Shown: positions 198,301-208,234 of the stretch, piece after piece
How the letters are laid out: every line of letters starts with the position of its first letter
Position numbering within the stretch: position 1 is the first letter of the stretch
NCBI RefSeq assembly: GCF_000737315.1
Contig: NZ_JMCB01000002.1
Span: 268,001-516,000 of the forward strand
DNA from: Hyalangium minutum
Lineage (GTDB): Bacteria > Myxococcota > Myxococcia > Myxococcales > Myxococcaceae
Direction: 5' to 3'
DNA: 248,000 nt
Made by a program: the position numbers and the translations under genes
The notes under the pieces: generated by a model
What the model saw: the letters and a program-made list of their open reading frames with translations, nothing else
The model's database searches: none
Told to the model about the DNA's origin: nothing

Positions 198301-199630
198301 GCGGCTGACGCTGCTGGACGAGGGGGAGATCAACATCGCCCTGCACGCCCTCGAGAGCACGGGCGGTATCCTGCGCGGCCAGTTCCGCGCGCCCACCGAG
198401 CCTCGTGCCCCGGGCGAGCCCGTGCCCCTGGAGTGGTGCGATCGGCGCCTGCTCCAGCGCATCCACCGGCTCACCGTGGGCCGGCTGCGCAAGGAGATCG
198501 AGCCGCTCAGCGCACAGGACTTCATGCGCTTCCTCTTCCGGTGGCACCACCTGGAGGAGGTGGACGCACTGCGAGGCTCCACCGGCCTGCTCAAGGCCAT
198601 CACCCTGCTGCAGGGCTATGAGGCGCCCGCCTCGGCGTGGGAGCGCTTCCTGCTGCCCTCGCGCATGAAGGGCTACACGGGCGAGCTGTTGGAGCGCGCC
198701 TGCTACGCCGGTGAGGTCGCCTGGGGACGGCTGACGGTGAAGGACGCGCGTCCGCCGCCGGGGCCTCGCCGGGGCGCTCCCGTGGAGCCGGAGGCCCCGC
198801 GTCCCCGTGCGCCTCAGCCCACGCGCAACGCGAGCCTCACCTTCACCCGCCGAGAGAACCTCGACTGGATGCTGGCTGCCGCCCGGCCGGACGCGGTGTT
198901 CTCGGACGGGGGCGTGTGGCTGCCGCCGGACCTGTCCGCCGCCGCGAGGGACGTGGTGAACGTGCTGGAGCAGCGCGGGGCGTGCTTCTTCAATGATCTC
199001 GCGTCTCGCGCCCGCCGGCTGCCCGCCGAGGTGGAGGATGCGCTCTGGGAGCTGGTGGCTCGGGGGCTCGTCACCGCGGACGCGGTGCAGAACCTGCGGG
199101 TGCTTCAGAGTCCGGCCCAGCGCCGCCGCCAGAAGCTGCTGCAGCGCGGCGGTCCGGGGCGCTGGAGCCTGCTGGTTCCCTCCGAGCCGAAGCCTGCCGA
199201 CGAGGTGCTCGAGCAGCGCGCGCGCCTGTTCCTCCAGCGCTACGGCATCATCTGGAGAGACCTGGCGATGCGCGAGGCACTGGCGCCCAGCTGGCGCGAG
199301 CTGCTGTTCATCTACCGCCGCATGGAGGCGCGCGGAGAGGTGCGCGGCGGGCGCTTCGTCTCGGGCTTCGTGGGCGAGCAGTTCGCGCTCCCCGAGGCGG
199401 TGGACATGGCGCGGGCGGTGCGGCGCCAGGCGCCCTCGGGTGTGCGGGTGCAGTTGTCGGCGGTGGATCCGCTCAACCTCACGGGCGTGGTGACGCCAGG
199501 GCCGCGCGTGCCCGCCACGGTGGGAAACGTTGTCACCTGGATAGATGGCATTCCCCAGGGCGTCGACGCGCTCGCCGAGGACGAGGACGAGGGGCCCGAG
199601 GCTCCCGAGGGCGAAGCGGCCGCGAGCTGA
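195302..199630 (+). CDS. lhr: Lhr-family DEAD/H helicase
   Basis: PTGSGKT, DEIH, SAT, LELGID, QRVGRAGH. Confidence 0.92.
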   Translation: MAPQISIDFHAAQAAHPSLMPFHPVVRRWFAERLGEPSQPQVEGWPLIQAGHDVLIAAPTGSGKTLTAFLAALDGLFRQALEGTLRDQTQVLYVSPLKALGNDVQKNLLQPLEELLTRARAEGYSPQDLRVQVRTGDTSASERAQMIKRPPHILITTPESLYLYLTADRARATLRAVHTVIVDEIHALARDKRGSHFTLSLERLKVLTEVRPQLIGLSATQKPLDRIAGFLTGATLQECKRVEVGHVRPWDLTVEIPDAELSSIASHEMWGQIYDRLVQLTSEHRTTLIFVNTRKMAERVAHDLGERLGKHKVAAHHGSMSREIRLSAEERLKSGQLVAMVATASLELGIDVGNVDLVVQLGTTKAISVLLQRVGRAGHYKGGISKGLLFAMTRDELVECVALLNAVREGELDAVRIPEKPMDVLAQQIVAACACEEWDERALFSVFQRAYPYRDLTWEEYQSVVETLSEGISLRRGRSGVHLHRDRVNHKLKGRRGVRITALTNGGAIPDTFSFSVTAEPEGKIVGQLDEDFAVESSPGDIFLLGSTAWRIQRVTGSTVQVEDAKGAPPTVPFWRGEAPGRTDELSLQVGRLREELLRHDDPAAFLQKQLQVPAPATDALLGYLRLGQKMLGGVIPSHTTVVAERFFDEAGGMQLIIHAPFGSRINRAWGLALRKRFCRSFDFELQAAATEDGLLLSLGEQHSFPLGDIFEFLHPDNVEEVLVQAVLQAPIFGTRFRWNATRSLALNRFSGGKRVAPNLQRARSEDLLAAVFPAQVGCQDNHGGGDIELPGHPLVKQTMEDCLREAMDIDGLREVLRRIKDGRIRLEARDVPEPSVFAHQMINSMPYTFLDDAPAEERRVRNVALRRAMPAEDAAAFGALDAGAIAQVVEDAAPPMRDADELHDALLQLVLLRSSEVPRGLDAPLFAQGRVAWLELPGGRFLVPAERGTAVRALFPEVATQPELPLLEGDKPMERDAAVLQVVRGYMEMLGPTTAGELARLTLLDEGEINIALHALESTGGILRGQFRAPTEPRAPGEPVPLEWCDRRLLQRIHRLTVGRLRKEIEPLSAQDFMRFLFRWHHLEEVDALRGSTGLLKAITLLQGYEAPASAWERFLLPSRMKGYTGELLERACYAGEVAWGRLTVKDARPPPGPRRGAPVEPEAPRPRAPQPTRNASLTFTRRENLDWMLAAARPDAVFSDGGVWLPPDLSAAARDVVNVLEQRGACFFNDLASRARRLPAEVEDALWELVARGLVTADAVQNLRVLQSPAQRRRQKLLQRGGPGRWSLLVPSEPKPADEVLEQRARLFLQRYGIIWRDLAMREALAPSWRELLFIYRRMEARGEVRGGRFVSGFVGEQFALPEAVDMARAVRRQAPSGVRVQLSAVDPLNLTGVVTPGPRVPATVGNVVTWIDGIPQGVDALAEDEDEGPEAPEGEAAAS

Positions 199631-199702
199631 GCGAGGCGGGAAGAGGGCGCGCGGCGCCTCCAGGGCTGCTAGGGTGTCCCCGTCACAGCGAGGGGAACGC
199701 CG

Positions 199703-202258
199703 ATGCGCCGTCTGCTCATCCTGGGGTTGTTGTTACTCACGGGCTGTCCTGAAGACACGGGCGAAGAGCCGCTTCCGACCGACGAGGGTCGCGTCCAGGG
199801 CAAGCTGACTCCATTCCTGGGCTCCAGCTCCGTGGGCTCCACGGCGTCGCGCCCGGCCCTGCTCCAAGGCCAAGGGGCCGCCGAGCTCTCCCGAGCTCTC
199901 CAGCGTGCACGCGCGCAGCAGCAGCGGCTGAAGCAGCAGAAGGCCTCGCTGGATGTCTCGCAGCCGGACTTCCCGGTCATCCCGACGCCTCCGGGGCCTC
200001 CGCCGCTCAAGCGGCTGCCTGCGGGGGATCCCACCATCATCGGTGACGTCATCGTCCGCTTCGAGCAGGCGGGGGTGAGCGCGCAGCGGGCCCTGGAGCA
200101 GGTCCAGGTGCCCGGCTACCGAGTGACGCACAAGGGCTACTCCAGCGAGTACCTGCACCTGGTGGGCTTCGAGGCGCTCGATGGCCACGCGCTCACGGTG
200201 GAGGAGACGGGCCAGCTGGTGTCGCAGCTGGCGCAGGTGCCCGGCGTGCGCTTCACCGAGAAGAACCTGCGCATGTACCCGTTCCGCACGCCGAACGACA
200301 AGGTGTACTCGCTGCAGTGGCATTACTCGGCGCTGAACCTCCCGGCCGCCTGGGACGTGAGCACGGGCGGCAGCACCGTGACGGTGGCCGTGCTCGACAC
200401 GGGCATCGTCTCCCACCCGGACCTCACCCCGCGCATCGTCGCGGGCTACGACATGGTCAGCGACGTGTCCAACGCGGGGGATGGGAACGGCCGTGACTCG
200501 GATCCCACCGACATGGGCGGCGACGAGCCGGGGGGTGGCTCCTCGTGGCACGGCTCGCACGTGGCGGGCACCATCGGCGCGGCCACGGACAACACCAGCG
200601 GCGTGGCGGGCGTTACTTGGACGGCGCGCATCATGCCGGTGCGCGTGCTGGGCAAGCAGGGTGGAACCAGCGCGGACATCGCCGCTGCCATGACGTGGGC
200701 CACGGGCGGCAGCGTGCCGGGCTTGCCGGCCAACCCCACGCCCGCCAAGGTCGTCAACATGAGCCTCGGCGGCGCCTCGGCTCCGTCGCGGACGTACCAG
200801 GATGTCATCGACGCGCGCGTGCCGGCCGGGGCCATCTTCGTCATCGCCGCGGGCAACGAGAACACGGACGCGGCCAACTCCACGCCGTGCAACCAGCAGA
200901 ACGTCATCTGCGTGGGCTCGACGAACTTCGCGGGCAAGCGCAGCAGCTTCTCCAACTACGGCGCGCCGGTGGATGTGATGGCGGCGGGCGGCGAGATGCG
201001 CGAGGACCTCAACGGCGACGGGTACGCGGACGGCGTGCTCTCCACCGCGCTGGATGACAACAAGCAGCCGGCCTACGTCTTCAACCAGGGCACCAGCATG
201101 GCCACGCCGCACGTGTCGGGTGTGGTGGCGCTGATGGCCGCCGTGAGCGCTGACCAGGGCCAGAACCTGACGATGGCGCAGGCGGAGAACATCTTGAAGG
201201 CCACGGCCAGCCCCAGCAGCCAGTGCTCCCAGGGCTGTGGCGCGGGCCTGGTGAACGCGCAGGCGGCGCTCAAGGCGCTGAGTGGCAACCCCAACGACCC
201301 GCCGAAGCTGGGCGTCACCACCTCGCTGCTGTCCTTCCGCAACGGTGGCACGCAGCAGGTGCTCCTCTCCAACCTGGGCGGAGGTTCTCTGAAGGTGACG
201401 CTGGCGAAGTCGGGGACTCAGGCCTCCGCGGTGACGCTCTCTACCACCACCGTGACCATCCCTGCCTTCCGCACCCAAACGCTGGACGTGGGCGTGAACA
201501 CGGGGGGGCTCGCCAACGGGGACTACTCGGCGACGCTCACCCTCACGGGGACGGATGCGAACTCGAACGCGGCCGTGGGCACGGCGACGGTGGCGGTGAA
201601 GATCCGCGTGGGCCTGGCGGAGGATCAGGACGCGTTCATCGCGTTCGCGTACCAGAACTCGCTCGGCGAGTGGAAGGTGGACGACAATGCGGTCGCGGTC
201701 GTCGAGGCGTCGACGGGCTACCAGTACAGCATCAAGTTGTCGGCGAGGACGTACTACACGCTCGCGACGATCGACGACGACAACGACGGCGAGTTCTTCG
201801 AGGACGGCGAGCGCACGGGCTTCTGGCGGAACGTGGACGACTTCGAGCCCATCCCGCTGGCGGCGCAGCAGACGATCACGGGCATCAGCTATGACTTGGT
201901 GCCGCTGGCCCCCATCGACGACTCGCCCGCGCTGGTGGTGGGCAGCCCCTGCACGAGCAACGCGGACTGCCCGGATGGCGGCCGGTGCGTGCTGAGCTAC
202001 CCCGGCGGCTACTGCACGCGCGACTGCAACACGCAGTCCTGCCCCGCGGGCTCCAAGTGCTACGTCGTGGACCAGGCCTCCGACGCCCGGGTCTGCATCC
202101 AGAGTTGCTCGGGGCCGAGCCTGGGACAGAGCAACTGCCGCACCAGCTACGTCTGCTACGACGATTCGGCGGGGGGCGGACAGTGCCTGCCGAACTGCAA
202201 CGCCTACAACATCTGCGGCTCCACCCCCGCGTGCCGGGCCAACGGCTACTGCCAGTAG
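199703..202258 (+). CDS. S8 subtilisin-like lipoprotein protease
   Basis: DTG, HG.HVAG, GTSMA. Confidence 0.93.
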   Translation: MRRLLILGLLLLTGCPEDTGEEPLPTDEGRVQGKLTPFLGSSSVGSTASRPALLQGQGAAELSRALQRARAQQQRLKQQKASLDVSQPDFPVIPTPPGPPPLKRLPAGDPTIIGDVIVRFEQAGVSAQRALEQVQVPGYRVTHKGYSSEYLHLVGFEALDGHALTVEETGQLVSQLAQVPGVRFTEKNLRMYPFRTPNDKVYSLQWHYSALNLPAAWDVSTGGSTVTVAVLDTGIVSHPDLTPRIVAGYDMVSDVSNAGDGNGRDSDPTDMGGDEPGGGSSWHGSHVAGTIGAATDNTSGVAGVTWTARIMPVRVLGKQGGTSADIAAAMTWATGGSVPGLPANPTPAKVVNMSLGGASAPSRTYQDVIDARVPAGAIFVIAAGNENTDAANSTPCNQQNVICVGSTNFAGKRSSFSNYGAPVDVMAAGGEMREDLNGDGYADGVLSTALDDNKQPAYVFNQGTSMATPHVSGVVALMAAVSADQGQNLTMAQAENILKATASPSSQCSQGCGAGLVNAQAALKALSGNPNDPPKLGVTTSLLSFRNGGTQQVLLSNLGGGSLKVTLAKSGTQASAVTLSTTTVTIPAFRTQTLDVGVNTGGLANGDYSATLTLTGTDANSNAAVGTATVAVKIRVGLAEDQDAFIAFAYQNSLGEWKVDDNAVAVVEASTGYQYSIKLSARTYYTLATIDDDNDGEFFEDGERTGFWRNVDDFEPIPLAAQQTITGISYDLVPLAPIDDSPALVVGSPCTSNADCPDGGRCVLSYPGGYCTRDCNTQSCPAGSKCYVVDQASDARVCIQSCSGPSLGQSNCRTSYVCYDDSAGGGQCLPNCNAYNICGSTPACRANGYCQ

Positions 202259-202344
202259 CGGCACGCTGAGGGAGCAGGGCAGGGGCGTCGGGTGTTTCAC
202301 CCGGCGCCCCTTGCCGTTTCAGGGCCTGAAGTGGGGGAGGCGGC

Positions 202345-204066
202345 TCAGGTCAACGCCTTGGCGGCGGGGAGGTTGAGGCGGAACGTGGTGCCCCGGTCCA
202401 CCTCGCTCTCCACCGTGATGGTGCCGCCGAGCGTGGTGATGATGCTGTGGACCATGGCGAGTCCCAGGCCGGTGCCCTCGCCCACGGGCTTCGTGGTGAA
202501 GAACGGATCGAAGATGCGGTCCAGGTTCTCTGGAGGAATTCCGCACCCGGTGTCGCGGATCTCCACCACGATGAACTCGGGCGTGTCCTGCCGGGTGGAG
202601 ACGCGGATCTCGTTCTCCTCCACCTGCCCCTCGGGAATGGCATGGGCGGCGTTGATGAGCAGGTTGAGGAACACCTGGCCCAGGCGCGAGGCATTGCCCT
202701 GCACGGGGGGCACGTCCTCGCCCAGCTCCGCCACGAGGCGGGCGCGGCGGCGGATCTCGTGTGAGGCAATCTTCACCGCGGCGTGCACCACGGTCTTCAG
202801 GTCCGCCCGTCCGTTCTGGGCGTCGTCCGGGCGCGAGAGCGTCTTGAGATCCTGGACGATGACGCGCACACGCTCGGCGCCCTCCTTGGCATCCGTGACG
202901 GCCGTCAGCAGCTCCTGGAAGTCCTCCTGCGAGGGAGCCCCTTGGGTGCGGTTCAGCTCCTTGTGGAGGAAGTTGAGGTTGCTGATGACGTAGGCCAGCG
203001 GGTTGTTGATCTCGTGGCCCACGCCCGCGGCCAGCTTGCCCATGGAGGCCAGGCGGTCATTGAAGATGAGCTGCGCCTGCATGCTCTGGAGCTGCCGCAG
203101 GCTGGAGGCCAACTGGATGTTGGCGTTCTCGAGCTCTCCGGTGCGCGCGCGCACCATGTGCTCCAGGGCCGCGTTGTAGCGGTGAAGGTCTCTCGCGGCG
203201 ATCTCGGCCTCCTCGCGGCGCTCGCGCTCAGCGGCCTCGGCCTGGGCCTGGAGCATGCGCTCCTTCTCGCGCAGGGAATCCCTCAGCTCCTGCGCCATCC
203301 GGTTGAGGGCGTGCGCGAGCGAGCCCAGCTCGTCCTGGCGCTCGGCGGGGAGCTCGGCGGAGAAATCTCCCTGGCGGATGCGCTCGGCGGTGGTGTGCAG
203401 CTCGCGCAACTCACGCAGCAGGGGCGCCAGGAGGAACGCGGCCAGCGGGCCTAGCACCAGGCCCACCAAAAGCGGCAGGACGCCACTCAGCACCTGCTCA
203501 TTCTCGAGGTGCTCGTCCATCTGGGCCTGGAGCAGCTGCTTCCGCTCCCGCTGGGCGGCTGCGGCGTTGTCGAGGTGAGGCCTCACCCCTTGCTCATAGG
203601 TGGAGAACAGCTCCCACCAGGCGCTGTTGGAGGAGTTGGCGGGGAGCGTCACCGGCCGGAGCACCACCTCTACGCCTCGGGCCCATTGGCGCTGGGCGTC
203701 AATGAGGTTCTCGATGAGCTGGGATTGACGGGCATTGCCTGGAGTGTCTTTCCACTGCTGCTCCTCGCGCAGGCCCTCCTGCAGGTTGAGAAGGTTCTCG
203801 TTGAGCAGTTGCTCGTAGTCCCGGAGCAGTGCGCGCGAGTCCATTCCCAGACGTCCCGCCTGGAGCAGGTGTGCCAGATAGTTCCATGCCTGGGGCTGCA
203901 TCCCGGAATAGAGGCGCAGTTGCTGATCCACCACCGCGATGCGCGCGCGGAGCTCCTGCGCGCTCGAGGCATTGCGGTGCAGCACGATCCCCGCGGCGGC
204001 CACGAGACCGAACGCCACCCCCGCGAACAGCAGGACCTTGGTGCGGATCGACATGGAGACAGGCAT
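202345..204066 (-). CDS. HAMP sensor histidine kinase
   Basis: TM, HAMP, HEINNPL, FFTTK. Confidence 0.9.
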   Translation of the reverse strand: MPVSMSIRTKVLLFAGVAFGLVAAAGIVLHRNASSAQELRARIAVVDQQLRLYSGMQPQAWNYLAHLLQAGRLGMDSRALLRDYEQLLNENLLNLQEGLREEQQWKDTPGNARQSQLIENLIDAQRQWARGVEVVLRPVTLPANSSNSAWWELFSTYEQGVRPHLDNAAAAQRERKQLLQAQMDEHLENEQVLSGVLPLLVGLVLGPLAAFLLAPLLRELRELHTTAERIRQGDFSAELPAERQDELGSLAHALNRMAQELRDSLREKERMLQAQAEAAERERREEAEIAARDLHRYNAALEHMVRARTGELENANIQLASSLRQLQSMQAQLIFNDRLASMGKLAAGVGHEINNPLAYVISNLNFLHKELNRTQGAPSQEDFQELLTAVTDAKEGAERVRVIVQDLKTLSRPDDAQNGRADLKTVVHAAVKIASHEIRRRARLVAELGEDVPPVQGNASRLGQVFLNLLINAAHAIPEGQVEENEIRVSTRQDTPEFIVVEIRDTGCGIPPENLDRIFDPFFTTKPVGEGTGLGLAMVHSIITTLGGTITVESEVDRGTTFRLNLPAAKALT

Positions 204067-204161
204067 TAGGAGAGAAGGGCCTCCAGCACAAGATGGGTGG
204101 TGGACACTTGCGCTGGAGGCAGGTTCCCTCCGCCCAGAACTTGCATCATCTTCTGGGGGCT

Positions 204162-204785
204162 TTGCACACCGAGCCGCGAAATCTTCTCCAGCGTCTCAAG
204201 GCCGAGACGCGTCCCCACCACGAGCGCGCGGAGCGCACCGTCCGCTTGATGGACCCCGGCCTCACCCTCGAGCACTACCGCCACCACCTGGAGGCGCTCT
204301 ACGGCTTCTATGGCCCGCTCGAAGCCCGGCTGGCTCGACAGCTCTCCGGCCTCGTCCCTGAGTTGCGCGCCTCTGAGCGGTGGAAGCTCCCGCTGCTCGC
204401 GAGAGACCTGCGCTCGCTGGGGCATGACGCAGCATCCCTCGCGAGCCTGCCCCAGGCCACCTGGCTGCCGCCGCTCACGGGCCTGCCCGAGGCACTCGGC
204501 GGCTTCTACGTCCTGGAGGGGGCCACGCTCGGGGGCCAGCTCATCCTCCGCCACCTTCGGCGCCACTTCGAGGGCATCCCCGCGGGCGAGTTCGCCTTCT
204601 TCCGCGCCTATGACGAGGACGTGGGCCCCATGTGGAAGGCCTTCGGCGAGGCCGTCACCCGCGCCTCCGAGGCTGCTGCCTCCGAGGACTTCGACTCACG
204701 CGCCGTTCAGTCCGCCAAGGACACCTTCGATGCCTTCGGACGCTGGCTCCAGAAGGAGGCCTCGGAGGCCACGCTGGAGCCTTGA
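204162..204785 (+). CDS. Biliverdin-producing heme oxygenase (BphO-like)
   Basis: LK.ET..HH..E, YVLEGATLGG. Confidence 0.85.
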   Translation: MHTEPRNLLQRLKAETRPHHERAERTVRLMDPGLTLEHYRHHLEALYGFYGPLEARLARQLSGLVPELRASERWKLPLLARDLRSLGHDAASLASLPQATWLPPLTGLPEALGGFYVLEGATLGGQLILRHLRRHFEGIPAGEFAFFRAYDEDVGPMWKAFGEAVTRASEAAASEDFDSRAVQSAKDTFDAFGRWLQKEASEATLEP

Positions 204786-204791
204786 GCCGGC

Positions 204792-205355
204792 CTACGGCGA
204801 GGCCGGCAGGCTGCCACGCAGCATGAAGAACACCACCACGCCCGTCACCGAGACGTAGATCCAGATGGGCGCCAGCCACCGCGTCACCTTGCGGTGCCGC
204901 CGGAAGTCCTGCTTCCACGCGAAGTAGAAGGCCGTCAGTGCCAGCGGCAGCACCGGCATGGACAGCAGCACGTGCGTGGCGAGGATGAGCAGGTACACCG
205001 CCTTCATTGCCCCCGTCCCCGCGTACTTCGTGTCCCCGTGCACGTAGTGGTACGCCAGGTACCCCACCAGGAACAGCGATGACGCCGCGAACGTGGACAC
205101 CATCAGGTACTGGTGCAGCCGCCGCGCGCCCTTCCTGATGGCCACCCACCCGGCCACCAACAGGCTCGCCGCCAGCGCGTTCAGGCTCGCGTTCACCGCG
205201 GGCATGAACCGCAGATCCACGCCCTCCGCGCCCCCGCGCCGGATCAGCAGCAGCCACGCCAGCAATGCCAGGGCCGCCGCCGACACAACGCCCGTGAAGA
205301 CGTAGAAGGTTCGATCACTCACACGGGATGTAGGGGCTTGGCTCGCGGTCGACAT
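204792..205355 (-). CDS. DUF420 membrane protein
   Basis: PAVNA.LN, H...M, IL.TH..L, W.YVSVTGV. Confidence 0.88.
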   Translation of the reverse strand: MSTASQAPTSRVSDRTFYVFTGVVSAAALALLAWLLLIRRGGAEGVDLRFMPAVNASLNALAASLLVAGWVAIRKGARRLHQYLMVSTFAASSLFLVGYLAYHYVHGDTKYAGTGAMKAVYLLILATHVLLSMPVLPLALTAFYFAWKQDFRRHRKVTRWLAPIWIYVSVTGVVVFFMLRGSLPASP

Positions 205356-205513
205356 GGGTCTCTGAATGTCTGGAACCTCGCACACTTGCAACTGCTCACC
205401 GGGGGGTAGGGGGTGAGGCTACCTCCACTGTGTGTGAAGGGGGACTGGCTAAAGATCGGAAATCCGGGCATAACACGTGTCCGGAATCACCCAGTACCCC
205501 CCCGGAGGTCCCT

Positions 205514-207517
205514 GTGCCTCGCGTACGACACTTCTTGGCCGCCTTGGCGGCCTTTGCCCTTCTTCAGGCCGCTCCTGCCTCTGCCGAGGAAGCGGTGTGC
205601 TCGGTCGTAGACAAGGTTCCTCTGGAGCGGCACCTGCGCCAGCTCTCCCTGGACCTGCTCGGCCGTCCTCCCACCATCGAGGAGTACCGCGCCTTCCAGG
205701 CCAAGGGCTCCATCACCGCCGAGGACATCCAGCAGATGATGGACTCGGAGGGCTTCTACGAGCGCATGCGCGGCTACCACCGCGCGCTGCTGCGCTCGAA
205801 CATCAACGCCAGCGTGTTCGACAACGGTGACACGCGCCTGACAGGCACCGGCGCCATCGCTGCCGGCACGACGGTGAACAACCCGTACGGCTTCCGCAAC
205901 ACCACCAGCAGCTCCCTGCGCGGCAACAACAACCAGGGCTGTGACGCCTTTATTCCGCAGGACACCTGCAACTCCCAGAAGCAGGATCCGCACGCGGAAC
206001 CGGCCAACAAGGTGTGCCGTGACGAGCAGGGCGTGCCGCTGCCGGTCAGCTACGACTACGACACCACCAGCTACTACGCGTGCAACCGGCTGGACTCGAC
206101 GGACACCACCATCACCGACTGCACCGTGGCCGTCAGCAAGGGCGCCATCGCGGCCAAGTACCTGTACTTCTGCGACATGCGGCGGCTGAGCGACAACAAG
206201 CTCCACCCGCACCTGTGCTTGCCGGACCCCGCAAAGAACACCACGGTCGCGCTGACGCAGGAGGAGCTGGACTCCGGGGGCAAGGTGGTGGCCTTCGTCC
206301 ACCCGAACCCGCCCTCGGGCACCTCGCTGACGCGGCTGGACCGCTGCACGCTGGACCTGACGCTGCGCAACGGCATCAAGGGGGCCTGGGTGCCCCAGCG
206401 CGGCTGCTTCCAGCGCGAGGGCTTCGTCACCAGGAGCGGGCCCTTCTTCGCCACGGACCCGTCGGCTCAGGTGACGGTGTGCGCCATCGAGGCGCAGGAG
206501 CGCCCCTCCAACCCGTGGACGATGGAGTCCTGCGAGACGACGCGCTTCCGGAGCGACCGGAGCTGCGGCTGCGGCAAGGACATGCGCCGCTGCGAGGTGA
206601 CCGCCGTGCACACCGCGCGCGTGGACGCCATCAACAAGGAGCAGGAGCTCATCACGGACTCGGTGGTCCGCCACGATGAGCCCTACTTCAACATCCTCAC
206701 CACGCGCCGCTCGTTCGTGAACGGCACGCTGTCCGAGATGTACCGGCAGCAGCAGGGCGTGGGCATCTTCACCATCACCTCGCCGGCCAACCCGGACGTG
206801 GTGCCGTCGGTGCCCTACGCGCAGGCGAGCACCTGGACGGAGTACACGCGGGATCCGCAGCACTCCGGCGTGCTCACCACGCCTTCGTTCCTGTACCGCT
206901 TCCCCACGCAGCGCGCCCGCGTGAACCACTTCTACGAGGCCTTCCTCTGCAAGACGTTCGTCCCGTCCTCGGACCCGCTGCCTCCGCCCGAGGACAACTG
207001 CAACCGCGAGAACAACCTGGCCCGCCGCTGCGGCTGCAACTACTGCCACGCCACCATCGAGCCCACCGGCGCCCACTGGGGCCGCTTCGACGAGCGCAAC
207101 TCGCTCTTCCTCACGGAGGAGAAGTTCCCCCGGTTTGATCCCAAGTGCCGTGACTGCGCGCTGGCCGGCGACACCAACTGCGGCGGCGAGTGCAGCCAGT
207201 ACGTGATGCAGGCGTATGACGGTGACGGCGCCGCCTCGCTGGGCATGCTCAAGACGTACCTGTACCGGACGGCGGACGAGGAGGCGAACATCGCCGGCGG
207301 CCCGCAGCTCCTGGTGCGGCGCATGCTGCAGACCGGAGACCTGGAGCGCTGCGCCGTGAAGCGCGTCTGGAGCGAGTTCCTCGGCCGGCCGATGACGGCG
207401 GAAGAGCAGCGGCTGTACCTGCAGGAGCTTTCGGAAGACTTCTCTGCCCACAACCACAGCCTCAAGTCGCTCATCCAGAAGCTGGTGACGACCGACGCCT
207501 ACCGGAGGATCGACTGA
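205514..207517 (+). CDS. Cys-rich PSD (DUF1585/DUF1588-like) domain protein
   Basis: R.LSLDLLGRPP, HSGVLT, R.RVN, CNYCH. Confidence 0.75.
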   Translation: MPRVRHFLAALAAFALLQAAPASAEEAVCSVVDKVPLERHLRQLSLDLLGRPPTIEEYRAFQAKGSITAEDIQQMMDSEGFYERMRGYHRALLRSNINASVFDNGDTRLTGTGAIAAGTTVNNPYGFRNTTSSSLRGNNNQGCDAFIPQDTCNSQKQDPHAEPANKVCRDEQGVPLPVSYDYDTTSYYACNRLDSTDTTITDCTVAVSKGAIAAKYLYFCDMRRLSDNKLHPHLCLPDPAKNTTVALTQEELDSGGKVVAFVHPNPPSGTSLTRLDRCTLDLTLRNGIKGAWVPQRGCFQREGFVTRSGPFFATDPSAQVTVCAIEAQERPSNPWTMESCETTRFRSDRSCGCGKDMRRCEVTAVHTARVDAINKEQELITDSVVRHDEPYFNILTTRRSFVNGTLSEMYRQQQGVGIFTITSPANPDVVPSVPYAQASTWTEYTRDPQHSGVLTTPSFLYRFPTQRARVNHFYEAFLCKTFVPSSDPLPPPEDNCNRENNLARRCGCNYCHATIEPTGAHWGRFDERNSLFLTEEKFPRFDPKCRDCALAGDTNCGGECSQYVMQAYDGDGAASLGMLKTYLYRTADEEANIAGGPQLLVRRMLQTGDLERCAVKRVWSEFLGRPMTAEEQRLYLQELSEDFSAHNHSLKSLIQKLVTTDAYRRID

Positions 207518-208212
207518 TGCGCCGCCTCGTCGCCCTCGCGCTCATCGCGCTCGCACCCGCTTGCTCCAAGTCCGAGGACAAGCCCCTGCCCCCGCCCCTG
207601 GACGGGCAGCTGGAGCCTGTCCCCAACCCCCACGGCACGGTGACGCCGCTGCCGGACCCGGAGATGCAGGAAGGCTCCGTGGGCCGTGCTCCTCGCCGCA
207701 TCACCGTGGCCCAGCTGGACACCTCCATCCGCACCGTGGTGGGCCGCGGCTGGGAGTGTCCTGCCAACGCCCCGTCCTCCTGCGTGGACCTGGCCGATGT
207801 GGCCCCCTCGCTGGGCAAGGCGGACTTCGCCAACGTCTCCACGGAGAACACCGAGGCCAACCTCGTGTTCGCCAAGTTCCTCGAGGATGGCGCGCGTGAC
207901 GTGTGCATGGCGCAGGCCACCGCCGAGCTGACCGTCACGGACCCGAACGCCCGGGTGCTCACCCGCACCGTCCCCACGCTGACTGGGACGGCGGGCAACC
208001 TGACGCAGCTCAGCGACGCGCAGGTGACGGAGCTGCTCACCTACCTGTCCACCCGCTTCTGGGGCGCGCCGCTGTCGGGCGAGGAGCTTCCGAAGTGGAA
208101 GAACTTCTTCACCCAGGCCGCCGCCCGCGCGGAGACCATCAAGAAGCGTGACCAGGCCTTCGCGGCCATGTGCATCGCGATGATGACGGACTCGCGCTTC
208201 CTCACCTACTGA
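207517..208212 (+). CDS. Lipoprotein (DUF1595-like helical domain)
   Basis: Lipobox APAC; RR.T..QL; F.TY end. Confidence 0.6.
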   Translation: MRRLVALALIALAPACSKSEDKPLPPPLDGQLEPVPNPHGTVTPLPDPEMQEGSVGRAPRRITVAQLDTSIRTVVGRGWECPANAPSSCVDLADVAPSLGKADFANVSTENTEANLVFAKFLEDGARDVCMAQATAELTVTDPNARVLTRTVPTLTGTAGNLTQLSDAQVTELLTYLSTRFWGAPLSGEELPKWKNFFTQAAARAETIKKRDQAFAAMCIAMMTDSRFLTY

Positions 208213-208234
208213 TACGCACCCGGGGACACTTGCC

